Shown one piece after another: positions 39,492 to 49,392 of a DNA stretch of 64,000 nt (position 1 is the stretch's first letter; the number at the start of each line of letters is the position of its first letter). A program made the translations under genes and the position numbers. This DNA is from Leptonemataceae bacterium (lineage in GTDB: Bacteria > Spirochaetota > Leptospiria > Leptospirales > Leptonemataceae): the NCBI GenBank assembly GCA_965227295.1, contig OZ245742.1, positions 480,001-544,000 of the forward strand. Reading direction: 5' to 3'. Below the pieces are notes generated by a model. That model saw nothing but the letters and a program-made list of their open reading frames with translations, was not told the DNA's origin and did no database searches.

Positions 39492-40505
39492 ATGGATTTC
39501 GATAGGCGCATTTCTAAACTGAGAAGCCGGCTACAGGAATTTCCGGATGATCCGGAAAACTGGGTCGAGTTAGCGTTGGCTCTCGGAGAAAGTGGTGACC
39601 ACGCTAGCGCCGCCTTCGCGTTTACCAAGGCAAGCGAATTAGCCCCGGATTCCACGGTTCTTAGACTACGCCTGCTGACATCGCTGCGTAACGCTGAGCA
39701 ATATGAAGAAGCAGTGGCGTTGGCTGACAAAATTCTGGCAGAACACGAGTGCCCGGACGCCACCTATATAAAAGCGTGGAGCCTGAGAGAACTCGGGGAG
39801 CTGGAAAAAGCACTCGATCTATTTTTATCCGGCATTAATGATTATGGAGATGGACGCAACTTTACGGGGGCTGGAACAGCACACGCCCGAATGGGCAACT
39901 ATGAAGATGCCCTGCGTTGCTATGAGAAGGCAATAGAGGTTGAGCCTGCAAATCTCTCCGACTCTGAATTTTTATATACTGTAGCCATTGCCAAAATCGA
40001 AACAAACAACCCGACAGAAGCAATCCAATTGCTTTCACAAGCCCTTACACTTGATCCAGAGCACAGGGAGGCGGGAAATGAATTGGGCAAGCTCCTGGCA
40101 TATGAAGGGAAATACGATGCGGCCATTCAAACTTTTCTCAGGGTTCTTGATCATTATCCTTCTGATTCTGTCACCTTAAACAACATCGGTCATGCATACC
40201 TTTATGCGGGAATGCCGCAGAAGAGCCTAACGTACTTTGACGAAGCGATTGAAACGGCTCCGGACTATGTAAACTCCAGATTTGGAAGGGGTTCCGCCAG
40301 AATCTCGATCCACGATTTTGCCGGAGCTGTAGAAGACTTTAAGACGTGCATTGAACTTATGCCTGAGGAGGAATCCGGCTGGATAAACCTGGCCCGATGC
40401 CAACTTGAGCTAAGTGACACAGAAGCCGCCGAAGCAACAATCCAGAAGGGACTGGAGCTACACAATGATGCGCAAAAACTAAGGAGCCTTCTTAAGTATA
40501 TTTGA
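39492..40505 (+). CDS. TPR protein, type B
   Basis: TPR motifs; paralogue of 42032 (shared LNN.xHAYLYAGMP.KSL.YFD..IE.APDY.NSRFGRG). Confidence 0.88.
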   Translation: MDFDRRISKLRSRLQEFPDDPENWVELALALGESGDHASAAFAFTKASELAPDSTVLRLRLLTSLRNAEQYEEAVALADKILAEHECPDATYIKAWSLRELGELEKALDLFLSGINDYGDGRNFTGAGTAHARMGNYEDALRCYEKAIEVEPANLSDSEFLYTVAIAKIETNNPTEAIQLLSQALTLDPEHREAGNELGKLLAYEGKYDAAIQTFLRVLDHYPSDSVTLNNIGHAYLYAGMPQKSLTYFDEAIETAPDYVNSRFGRGSARISIHDFAGAVEDFKTCIELMPEEESGWINLARCQLELSDTEAAEATIQKGLELHNDAQKLRSLLKYI

Positions 40506-40571
40506 GAAGGCCATCCTGTTCACAGAATTTGCACGTCACCAATCCCCATCTTCCGCGCCCCTACCCGTCAC

Positions 40572-41594
40572 ATGGATCGCCAACACAGAATCTCAGAACT
40601 ACGCGAGATTGTTCGCGCGAATCCGAACGATCCAGAAAACTGGCTGGAGCTGGGTATTACTCTGACTCAGGCTGGCATATACGACGAAGCGACGGTGTCA
40701 CTCACCAAAGCCTATGAGATTGACCCCGATCAGATAGAGGCTGGCTACTGGTTGGCTTACACGTTAAACGAAATCGGCAATTTTGACGAATCCTTGCGAG
40801 TATCCAGCGATCTCGCGGCGCGAATCGGGTCTCCCTCGGCTTTCTACTATATGGGCTATTCCCTCCGGGAACTGGGGCGATTCGATGCCGCGCTTAAAGC
40901 GTTCGAGGACGGCATACAAGCAGGACCGGATAGCCGGAACCACTTCGGCGCAGCGACAGTTTACGCTCGTCAGGGTCTACATAGAAAAGCAGTAGATCTC
41001 ATGCGACAGGCCAGGGAAATGGAAGGAGGCGAAAGTCCAGAATTGCTCTACACACTCGCCATGTCTGAAATTGAACTGGGCCAAAAAGATCGCGCAGTGA
41101 GCAGCCTGGAGCGATGTCTCGACTTAGCACCGGGCCACATATCTGCCGCAAATGAGCTGGGTCTTCTTTACGCTCAGGTAAACAGAATTTCAGACGCACT
41201 GAGCCTGCTAAATACAATTCTGCGCTACGATACTGATAACATAATGACGATCAACAATCTCGGATACGTGTATTACCTGGCGGGACTCTATCAGAAGAGC
41301 GAGATTTTTCTGAAAGCGGCGCTGGAACAAAACCCAAACTATCCGAATGCTCACCTGGGATTAGGTCTCGTCTACGAAGCAATGGATAACTATTCGGCTG
41401 CCGTCGCCGAACTTGAGAAATTTGTTGCGATTAATCCTGGTTCCGCCGATGGATGGGCCAGTCTGGTGAAAGCATACATGCGCAAGGGTGATCTCCCCGG
41501 TGCACGAGAAACATTGGAACGAGCTTTGCAACGTCATCCGGAATCCACGCAATTGCAGGAACTATTGTCGGACCTACGCGCCAGCGATTCATAG
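40572..41594 (+). CDS. TPR protein, type A
   Basis: Paralogue of 38446; first 53 nt identical. Confidence 0.88.
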   Translation: MDRQHRISELREIVRANPNDPENWLELGITLTQAGIYDEATVSLTKAYEIDPDQIEAGYWLAYTLNEIGNFDESLRVSSDLAARIGSPSAFYYMGYSLRELGRFDAALKAFEDGIQAGPDSRNHFGAATVYARQGLHRKAVDLMRQAREMEGGESPELLYTLAMSEIELGQKDRAVSSLERCLDLAPGHISAANELGLLYAQVNRISDALSLLNTILRYDTDNIMTINNLGYVYYLAGLYQKSEIFLKAALEQNPNYPNAHLGLGLVYEAMDNYSAAVAELEKFVAINPGSADGWASLVKAYMRKGDLPGARETLERALQRHPESTQLQELLSDLRASDS

Positions 41595-41636
41595 CGACCC
41601 GGTAACTTCCATGCGAAGACCCAGGGTTCCAATGAA

Positions 41637-42002
41637 ATGAATACTGACTTCAACTCTCTGCCATGGCATGATGCCACGCTGCTATCCATAAGCATAGATC
41701 GCTCTGATCCGGGCCACATAGACACCGTCTCGCTCGCCGTTCATTGGCCGAATGGCAGCAAGAACAACGTAGTCTTTCAGGATTGCTACATGCTGAATGC
41801 CCGAATGAATTTCGGGGTCGTCGCGGCGGAGAGCATTCTGAAAGGCGAGCATCTGGACGACGACCCTGAAATCACTGCGATCAAGAATAGATGGGAGCCG
41901 CTGGGAGTTCCTTTGCATAATTTGAGTTGCTATAGAATCGTCACAAATTCTACCAACAGCCAGATCCATATCTATTCCCTATCATATGCGCTGACGGCGT
42001 AA
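41637..42002 (+). CDS. Small hypothetical protein, orphan immunity-like
   Basis: 121 aa, low GC, LPWHDATLLSISIDR N-terminus; inserted in the TPR array. Confidence 0.65.
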   Translation: MNTDFNSLPWHDATLLSISIDRSDPGHIDTVSLAVHWPNGSKNNVVFQDCYMLNARMNFGVVAAESILKGEHLDDDPEITAIKNRWEPLGVPLHNLSCYRIVTNSTNSQIHIYSLSYALTA

Positions 42003-42031
42003 ATCTCTATTAGAACCCGCACATTTCGGCC

Positions 42032-43039
42032 ATGGACCGGCAAATTCAAGAACTACGAGACGCAGTTCGTCAGGATCCGAACGATCCGGAGAACTGGTTG
42101 GAACTCGGCATTGCACTTCGAGAGTCTGGAGACGCAGAGGAAGCGATACTGGCGCTATCGAAGGCGCACGAACTCGCGCCTGAACATGACTTAACGGCAC
42201 TCAATCTCGCGTTAGCCCTGGGAGACGTCGATCGGCATCAGGAAGCCATTCGTGTCGCGGATGGTATTCTCGGTCGCAAAGATTCTGCCGATGCCCGTTA
42301 TCTGAAGGCCTGGTCATTGAATCAACTCGGGCAGTCCCAGGAGGCCCTGGAGATATTCCTGCGGGGTATCCAGAGCGAAGGGGATGCACGCAGCCACTCG
42401 GGCGCAGCCTCGGCCTATGCCCGACTCGGACGGTATCGAGAATCACTCAATGCCTATGAGCATGCCCTCGAACTGGACCCGGATTTCAACGAAGACGCTC
42501 AGTTTCTGTACGGCCTGGCATTGGCTCAATCTGCGCTGGGACAACGATCTGTCGCGATAGAAACCCTCACCCGCGCCTATGCGATGGCACCCCAAAACCG
42601 GAGCATCGGCAATGAATTAGGCAAGCTTCTCGGGTTGAGCGGCCAGTATACGAAAGCAATCGAGGTCCTGACTGAGGTATCGGAAAATTTTCCTGACGAT
42701 TACTTCCCCCTGAACAATCTCGCGCATGCATATCTCTACGCAGGTATGCCGCGCAAGAGCCTCCCGTACTTCGACCGCACGATCGAACTCGCCCCCGACT
42801 ATCCGAACTCCCGATTCGGCCGCGGTGATGCCCTGATGCAAGTCAAAGACTACGGCAGCGCAATTGATGATTTTCTCCAGGCCACACGAATCATGCCGGA
42901 AGTCGTCTACGGCTGGAAAAGCCTTGTGCAATGCTATCTTGAGCTGGGAAAAGTCAATGAGGCAAAGTCCGCGCTCGGTGAAGCACTACAACTTCATCCG
43001 GATGCCCGGGACCTGCTGGACATGCAACAGATCCTGTAG
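42032..43039 (+). CDS. TPR protein, type B
   Basis: TPR motifs; paralogue of 39492. Confidence 0.88.
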   Translation: MDRQIQELRDAVRQDPNDPENWLELGIALRESGDAEEAILALSKAHELAPEHDLTALNLALALGDVDRHQEAIRVADGILGRKDSADARYLKAWSLNQLGQSQEALEIFLRGIQSEGDARSHSGAASAYARLGRYRESLNAYEHALELDPDFNEDAQFLYGLALAQSALGQRSVAIETLTRAYAMAPQNRSIGNELGKLLGLSGQYTKAIEVLTEVSENFPDDYFPLNNLAHAYLYAGMPRKSLPYFDRTIELAPDYPNSRFGRGDALMQVKDYGSAIDDFLQATRIMPEVVYGWKSLVQCYLELGKVNEAKSALGEALQLHPDARDLLDMQQIL

Positions 43040-43159
43040 CACTGAGACAGTTCGTTTCATCGGAGATCCTCGAATGGAAGCCGGGTGTTGGCTGGTACCG
43101 CGAAGAGAAAGGCCGTATCATCTTGCAGTTGGTCAAGGGCGAGAAGCAGCTCGTCGACG

Positions 43160-43580
43160 TCCACCAATCCGGGGAGCCCACCCAAGAACTTCCCCTACCT
43201 GGGCCCAGATCCTTAATTTTTCGCGAGCATTGTCTTGCAAAAATTCATTCCCCAATCCATTCTGTGCTTTCCGCGCTCAACAAGCGCACCGGAATCTCGG
43301 TTCGTAACCGAACTCCGGCCATCCGTTCTTTAACAGAACGCAACGATTCTCGAACGGGTCCGTTGCGTAAAAGGCAAGCCCGCCTGGGCCGATACAAGCA
43401 ATTCCGCACACGTGTGCGGAATTCAAGGTCGCGCGCATCGCCACTGCTAACCTGTGAATAACAAGCGTTAGGGACACGCAGGGTGGCGAAGCCAGTCTCG
43501 CGCAGCGAGACCGAAGCGAAGCGGAGCCCGGAGTGGCCCGACGGCCCGCCGCCTCCGCGGCGCGGCGGGCCGGAACGCCC
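43160..43580 (+). repeat. ~420-bp structured non-coding element, copy 1
   Basis: Direct repeat of 49555-49974; multiple hairpins including the palindrome aattccgcacacgtgtgcggaatt; REP-like 3' end. Confidence 0.92.
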
Positions 43581-43608
43581 AATCAAACATCGTTACTGCT
43601 TCACCTCG

Positions 43609-46600
43609 TTCAGCTCCAGGCCGAAGAAGCCCGGCAACAGACCATCGACATGCTCGTGGGTATGGTGACGCAGGACAACGTCCAGGAAGAACGCCAGGAG
43701 ATCGATTACAACCCGTACGAGGACGTGCCGGTGTTGCTGCGTCCGGAGTGCTGGGAGAACGTCAAAGCGACGCGCCTCGAAACGAACGAGGAGATGCAGG
43801 AACGCATCGAGAACCAGCGCGCGCGAAACTACACCGACGTCAAAATCGGCAAGGACGGCACGATCATTGCCAGCCGCGCGATCAAGACCGGCGAGGCCGT
43901 GTGGAACGGCGGTGATCTTACGAACTCGGACGGCTACAGCGCCGCCTACGAAACCCAGACCGTCACGATTCGCCCGCCCCAGGCCATCAAACTCGCGAGC
44001 GGCGGTGATTTGTTCGCGAGCTGGGACTACGACGAGCTACAAGAATCACATGAAGAGAACTTAAGCGACTTCTACGCCGGTCTGGATCGCAAGGTCCAGG
44101 CGGCCCAGGGTCAACTCGCAAACGCGAACGAACTGTTCACCGCCCGCGAAACGGCCTTCCAGCAAAACGCGGCGAGCCAGGCGCAGACGTGGTCCATGAT
44201 CAAGTCGCTTGTGACTTCGATGATGGGCGGCATGGATCTCGGCTCCGCCCTCGTGGATTACGCGAAGAATCAGATCATCGGCCAGGTGGCTTCGCAGATC
44301 GAAACGATGACCGGCATTCCCGCGGGTTTCATGTCGAGTATTCTCGGCGGCGCAAATATTGAGCAGGCGATGCAATCTTACGCCTGGCAGGTCGTGGGCA
44401 GTCACATCGATGAAGTCACCGGCATCTCGGGCCTCGGCTCACAACTTACGGGCATGTTGCAAAAGCAGATGGCAAAGAAGGCCGCGCGCAACGGACCCAT
44501 GGGCAAACTCGCAAACAGTATGGCCGCGATGACGATGGGCGGCGGTTTCGGCGCGATGGCCGGCTTTATGATGGGCGGGCCGATGGGCATGCTTGCGGGT
44601 GCGGCGATGGGTGCGGCTACCGGCGGCGCGATGAACGAGGCCGGCGCGGCCGGTTTCGCGGCACCGATGGCGGATGTGTTTTATGAAAACCCGATGCTGA
44701 TGGATGCGACGGCCTACGCAACGGCCAGCGCAACCGGTAACCCTGGCGTCTGGTACGGCTACCAGGCGATGAAGGGAAGTTACATGGGCGGCACCGTTGG
44801 TGCGCTAACGAGCATGGCGGACTCGGCGCTGATGGCGACGCAGTTGGTGGGCGTGGATGCGAGTATTTCGTATACGTTCGATGACGGCTTCGGTGGAAGC
44901 CTGGGTTTCGGCGGGGAATACGGCAGCGTTGGTGTGAGTTACAGTGAGCGGGACGGCATGGGGGCGTACGGGCGTCTGGGGTCCGGCGACGGCTTGAGCA
45001 TTGGGTTTAATGTGAGTGAGCACGGCGGGAATTCGATTAACGCCGGATACAGCAGCGGCGGTGTGAACCTCGGGGTGAGTTATAGTGATCAGACCGGCTT
45101 TGGTGCGAATGCTGGGTTTGGTGGTGAAATTGCGGATGGCTTAAACGGCAATCTCGGGTTGAGCTGGAGTGAGACGGAAGGTGTTGGAGCGAATGCGGGA
45201 TTAACTTACGGTAACAGTGACTTAGGGAATGCCATGGGCGCGGGCCTGAGTTATACGCAGAACAGCGGACTCAGCGCGAACGTGAGTCTGGCCGGCGCCA
45301 CACTGGCCTCGATCGCCCAGGGCGGAAATTTGCAGTTTAACAGCAATTTCGCGAGCGATGCCGGGCGCGGGGTGTTGAAAGAAGAGTACGTTAAGCAACG
45401 GAAAGAAGAACGCCTCGATGGTCTGGAGGAAGCGCTGGATGACGCCGGTGAGCTGACGGAAGAAGAGAAGCAGTTTTTGAAAGAGAATCCTGGTAAACGA
45501 CAGGCGTTTTTGGAGAAGAAGGCGGCGGAGATTAAGGATCGCGTTGAGAAGCTTGGTGATAAGTCCTCGGAAGCGGATGATTACGGCAGCTCCTGGGATA
45601 ATCAAGGCGGCCTCACAGGGCTCCTCAGTTCGTTCGACCTTGGCAAAGATATTCTCAATTTCGCGAATGAGATTACGGGCACGAATAGCGATAATACCGG
45701 TTTCGTTGACTCCGAAGGTAAGTTCCACGTTCGGACTTGTTTTGTCGCCGGGACCCTGGTTCGTGTACGCAAAGATGCTCCTGGCGCTTTTGAAGAAGGC
45801 GGAGAATGGTTTAAGAAAATTGAGGATGTGGGTGTCGGCGATCATGTCCTGAGCTGGGACGAAAAATCCGGTGCCGTTAGCTTCCAGCCCGTGACGGAGC
45901 TGTTCCGACATGATGTGGAATTGATCTTCGAGATCGCGTACGTAGACGGCACGATAATTGAGACGACGTGGAACCACCCGTTCTTTGTGCCGGATGTCGG
46001 TTGGGTGGAAGCACGCCACCTTCGCGGCGGGGATCGCTCTTTGTCTGCGGCCGGGGAGATGCTGGTGATTGCGAGCGTGCGCGAAATGCGGCGTGAGGCG
46101 CGGGTATTTAACTTTGAGGTGAAGCGGAATCATACTTATTTTGTAGGGCCAGCGGGCGTGCTGGTGCATAACTATGATTTGCGGACCGGAACCGTGGATG
46201 AGGAACGTGACCTCAAAGAGGTCCTTGCCAAAGTTAATGAAGAATTGGGCCTTGATTATACTTTAGAGGAACTGGCCGATTTGAATGGTATTGAGCCGCA
46301 AGGTCATTGCCTGACATATGCCAGTGTCACATGCGATTATCCTATAGTTGAGGGACAACAGATCCTGACTGAGGAGCAATACAAGGACTTATCAGAAGAT
46401 GAGCGCACGAGCTTCTTTGATAACCCTAAGAATCCTAAGGAAACTGGAGTCTACCAGGTCACCCTAAGTGCAGGCGCGATGTTTTTTTCAGGGCATTACT
46501 GGGACATCGGGTTTGTCGATGAAACGACACATATTGGACGATTCACACAATCGCGGGGGCTACCGATCCAATCATATACTCGCACTATTGGCGAGGGCGG

Positions 46601-46952
46601 AGATATTACGGCGGGTATGACCATTCAAATGGTGGAAAACACAACAATTGAGGATTTTGTTTTTGGGAACGAACTATTCATGACTTCAGAAGTCGATGGC
46701 GGCCTTCCGTTCTGGAATCCAGGATTGATTATGCGTGCGAATAATAGCTACGCGGGTTGGCTCGCGAATTTCGGCCTGACCCCAGGCCTCGGAGTAGCGG
46801 TATCAAGTAACCAGACACCGGACCTGGCTGGAAATACAACTGCGCCCCTTGGAACAGGATGGTGGCCGGGTGGCCCCGCGACAATTTCAACGGAGCATTG
46901 TATCCTGAGTACGTCTCAAAAAACGGGACCAATAAGCGTGGATTGCCTTTGA
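43609..46952 (+). pseudogene. Orphan (5'-truncated) toxin cassette: duplicated mid-region, different HINT, LysM-like domain, new C-terminal domain
   Basis: 43609-~45270 is nearly identical to 34451-~36112; no signal peptide; HINT CFVAG (45738) to LVHN (46172); frame intact to the stop. Confidence 0.85.
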
Positions 46953-46965
46953 TTCGGTTGCATGA

Positions 46966-47322
46966 ATGATGAACCTGGGGACAAGACGAATTCTATGCAT
47001 TACGGGTTTTGGATTGAGCCTGTTTCTAGCCAGCCAGTGGGCTTCTCCGCAGCAGATTGAGACCAATGCATTACTTGTCGTGCCAGGTGGCTATTGTATC
47101 GTCGGAGCATACGAATACAATGGGATACTAGAGAAAGAACAGGCTTTCTCTTACTGTGCTTCAGGCGTGCTGCAAGGTGGCGATGGGCACGGGATTCGAG
47201 AGTATCATAAGATTGCGGAAATCTGGGTTCCTTATCCAAAGGTTGTCGAAATCCGTGATTTCCCGGAGTGCTTACATGTACTAGCCAACACCCGATCTGA
47301 CACTCCTGCCTGTCAGATATGA
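46966..47322 (+). CDS. Candidate immunity protein of the orphan cassette, 3' end interrupted by IS481
   Basis: Starts 13 bp after the cassette stop; N-terminal hydrophobic helix; removing the IS rejoins the frame to 48444-48492. Confidence 0.7.
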   Translation: MMNLGTRRILCITGFGLSLFLASQWASPQQIETNALLVVPGGYCIVGAYEYNGILEKEQAFSYCASGVLQGGDGHGIREYHKIAEIWVPYPKVVEIRDFPECLHVLANTRSDTPACQI

Positions 47323-48431
47323 TCAGGTCGATACCTGATGCTGTTTATGCAGCATCTTTTCACGCGCCACGGCGATGGATTCAGCGAACGTTTGCGCCGG
47401 CGTCTTGCCGAAGCAGTACTTGCCGCTGTGCGTCCGTTCCTGGTTATACTCGAGCATCCATTCATCCAGATCGGCTTGCAGCTCCTCGATGCTTGAGTAA
47501 AGTTTCTTGCGAAACGCGACGGCGTAGAATTCTTCCTGAATCGTCTTGTGAAAGCGTTCGCAGACGCCGTTCGTTTGCGGATGCCGCGCTTTGGTTTTGG
47601 TGTGATCGATGTCCTCCATCGCGAGGTACAACTCGTACTCGTGATTCTCCGGCTTGCCGCAGTACTCCGTGCCGCGATCGGTGAGCACGCGCAGCAGCGG
47701 GATGTTGTAGTCCGCGTAGAACGGCAACACACGATCGTTCAGCAAGTCGGCCGCCGTCAGTGCGTTCTTGCGATCGTAAAGTTTTGCAAAGCCGACCTTA
47801 GCGTACGTGTCGATGAAGGTCTGCTGGTAGATCCGCCCCACGCCCTTGATATTGCCCACGTAATACGTGTCCTGCGAGCCCAGATAGCCGGGGTGGTGCG
47901 ATTCGACCTCGCCGTGCGCTTCTTTGTCCTGGCGGCCTTTCTCAAGCGCCGCGACCTGTGCCTCGGTGAGAATGATCCCCTCTTGCGCGACGCGGGCTTC
48001 CAGGGCCTTCAGACGCTTCTTGAACGTCTCCATGTCGTGCCGCAACCAGACCTGACGCACGCCGCCCGGTGAGATCGAAACGCCGCGCTTGCGCAGCTCA
48101 TTCGACACGCGCAATTGACCGTGCGCCGGCTTCTCGAACGTGAACTCGATCACCGCGTCTTCCACATCCGCCGGAATCCGGTTCTTCTTGTTCGGCTTGC
48201 GCCGCGTGAGATCCTTCAGGGCCTCTTCGCCTCCGGTCTCGTACAACCGCTGATACCGGTAGAACGTATCGCGTGATACGCCCATCACCCGGCAAGCCTC
48301 TGCAACGTTATTCAGAGTACGGGCCAGCCTCAAGATGCCCACCCGGTGCTTTACGATTTTTTGTTCTGCTGTCATCTCTTTCCTCCGATACAAATTATAT
48401 CGGAGTGTCAGATGGAATCTTGACTATTTCA
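47277..48431 (-). mobile_element. IS481 family insertion sequence
   Basis: Imperfect 30-bp terminal IRs TGTACTAGCCAACACCCGATCTGACACTCC / TGAAATAGTCAAGATTCCATCTGACACTCC; gcttaca repeated at 47270-47276 and 48437-48443. Confidence 0.9.
47323..48375 (-). CDS. IS481 family DDE transposase
   Basis: NVAEACRVMGVSRDTFYRY HTH, HPGYLGSQDTYYVG, LTDRGTEYCG, PQTNGVCERFHKT. Confidence 0.96.
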   Translation of the reverse strand: MTAEQKIVKHRVGILRLARTLNNVAEACRVMGVSRDTFYRYQRLYETGGEEALKDLTRRKPNKKNRIPADVEDAVIEFTFEKPAHGQLRVSNELRKRGVSISPGGVRQVWLRHDMETFKKRLKALEARVAQEGIILTEAQVAALEKGRQDKEAHGEVESHHPGYLGSQDTYYVGNIKGVGRIYQQTFIDTYAKVGFAKLYDRKNALTAADLLNDRVLPFYADYNIPLLRVLTDRGTEYCGKPENHEYELYLAMEDIDHTKTKARHPQTNGVCERFHKTIQEEFYAVAFRKKLYSSIEELQADLDEWMLEYNQERTHSGKYCFGKTPAQTFAESIAVAREKMLHKQHQVST

Positions 48432-48707
48432 AGTGAGCTTACAAAGCGTCTTGCTCAAGCACGCTTTACCGGTTGGCGCCTTATTGGAATAGCAGATCTG
48501 ACGGCGTATCCAGTTTCATTACACATATCCAGTATAGCTTTAGCTACTCTTGAAAAAGAAGGAACGACACTGACATTGTTGTTTGAAATTTCTCATAAAA
48601 GGGCTCTCCGAATTCGAGCGTTTGCAGCTGATTTTAGCAATCAAACGCATTTTGTAGCATCGGAGGGGCTCTTCTACCCATGAGACGGCCAGAGATCTCG
48701 TGCAGTT

Positions 48708-48760
48708 TTACGCCACTTTCCTTAATTTTTTCCCGGCCATTTTCTTGCAGAAATTCATTC
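48708..48760 (+). repeat. Partial third copy of the 5' (promoter-like) part of the 420-bp element
   Basis: ttacgccactttccttaatttttt...cattttcttgcagaaattcattc matches ~49594-49646 and ~43211-43250. Confidence 0.7.
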
Positions 48761-48942
48761 TAAAGTGCGACTAGTATATTTCATCTCTGAACAAATGGAG
48801 AAAGGTGTACTTATTGAAAAAACACAGATACTTACTTTGCATGGCGACAGGCTCCAGAGGCTGGAATCATATCCGGGAAATTTTGGAGGGGCCAGTGCTT
48901 ATTTCATGATCCCACTCGTTCTCTTGGGTCAGAGCGAGAAGG

Positions 48943-49392
48943 GTGCTAAGGAACCATAACGTGACGCTCAAAGCATCCCGATTTTGCTTCTTTATTGGTT
49001 TGGGTCTTGTTTTTACGGGCATAGTATATTTCCTCCAAGGCTTGCGGACGGCAGAAGTGCAAAGTCCCGAAAGCCTTCTGTTGCAGCCCGGAATTTACTG
49101 CGTTTTCCAGTCTGGCAAACTGCCTTCGCAGGGCTCTCAATTTTGTATGAAAGGTTACTGGAACAAGAGCTATGGAACTCTCTACTACCATCATACACTG
49201 CTTGTCATTGTGCCGCAGGTGTGGCCCGGGAGGCAAAGTCGGATCGGAAGGCAGATTAAGCACGAGCCTCTTTATGTCAGTGCGTCTATGTATCATTCTG
49301 GGTTCGGTCTGTCGATTCTCGTTCTGGGGCTTTTCTTGCTGAGGCGAGGGTATGAATTTTTTAAGTGGCTCCTCATTCGGCTACTTAGCTGA
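48943..49392 (+). CDS. Small membrane protein, probable paralogue of the 46966 gene (orphan immunity-like)
   Basis: LLLQPGIYCV...FCMKG versus LLVVPGGYCI...YCASG; low GC; start may be 48961. Confidence 0.6.
   Translation: MLRNHNVTLKASRFCFFIGLGLVFTGIVYFLQGLRTAEVQSPESLLLQPGIYCVFQSGKLPSQGSQFCMKGYWNKSYGTLYYHHTLLVIVPQVWPGRQSRIGRQIKHEPLYVSASMYHSGFGLSILVLGLFLLRRGYEFFKWLLIRLLS

Noticed and set aside
43160-43580. Integron attC site or group II intron
   Set aside because: Much longer than attC, no clear RYYYAAC/GTTRRRY box pair at the ends, no integrase; no GUGCG 5' end or domain V recognised.
43533-43608. N-terminus of the 1139-aa ORF as called in the track
   Set aside because: The GTG start lies within the GC-rich repeat, and the same peptide appears at 49927; toxin homology begins only at 43609.
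34451-45270. Diversity-generating retroelement template/variable repeat pair
   Set aside because: Differences between the copies are mostly synonymous third-position changes of all types, not adenine-specific; no reverse transcriptase is present.
48273-48683. 136-aa ORF spanning the IS end
   Set aside because: Starts antisense inside the transposase and crosses the IR; likely spurious.
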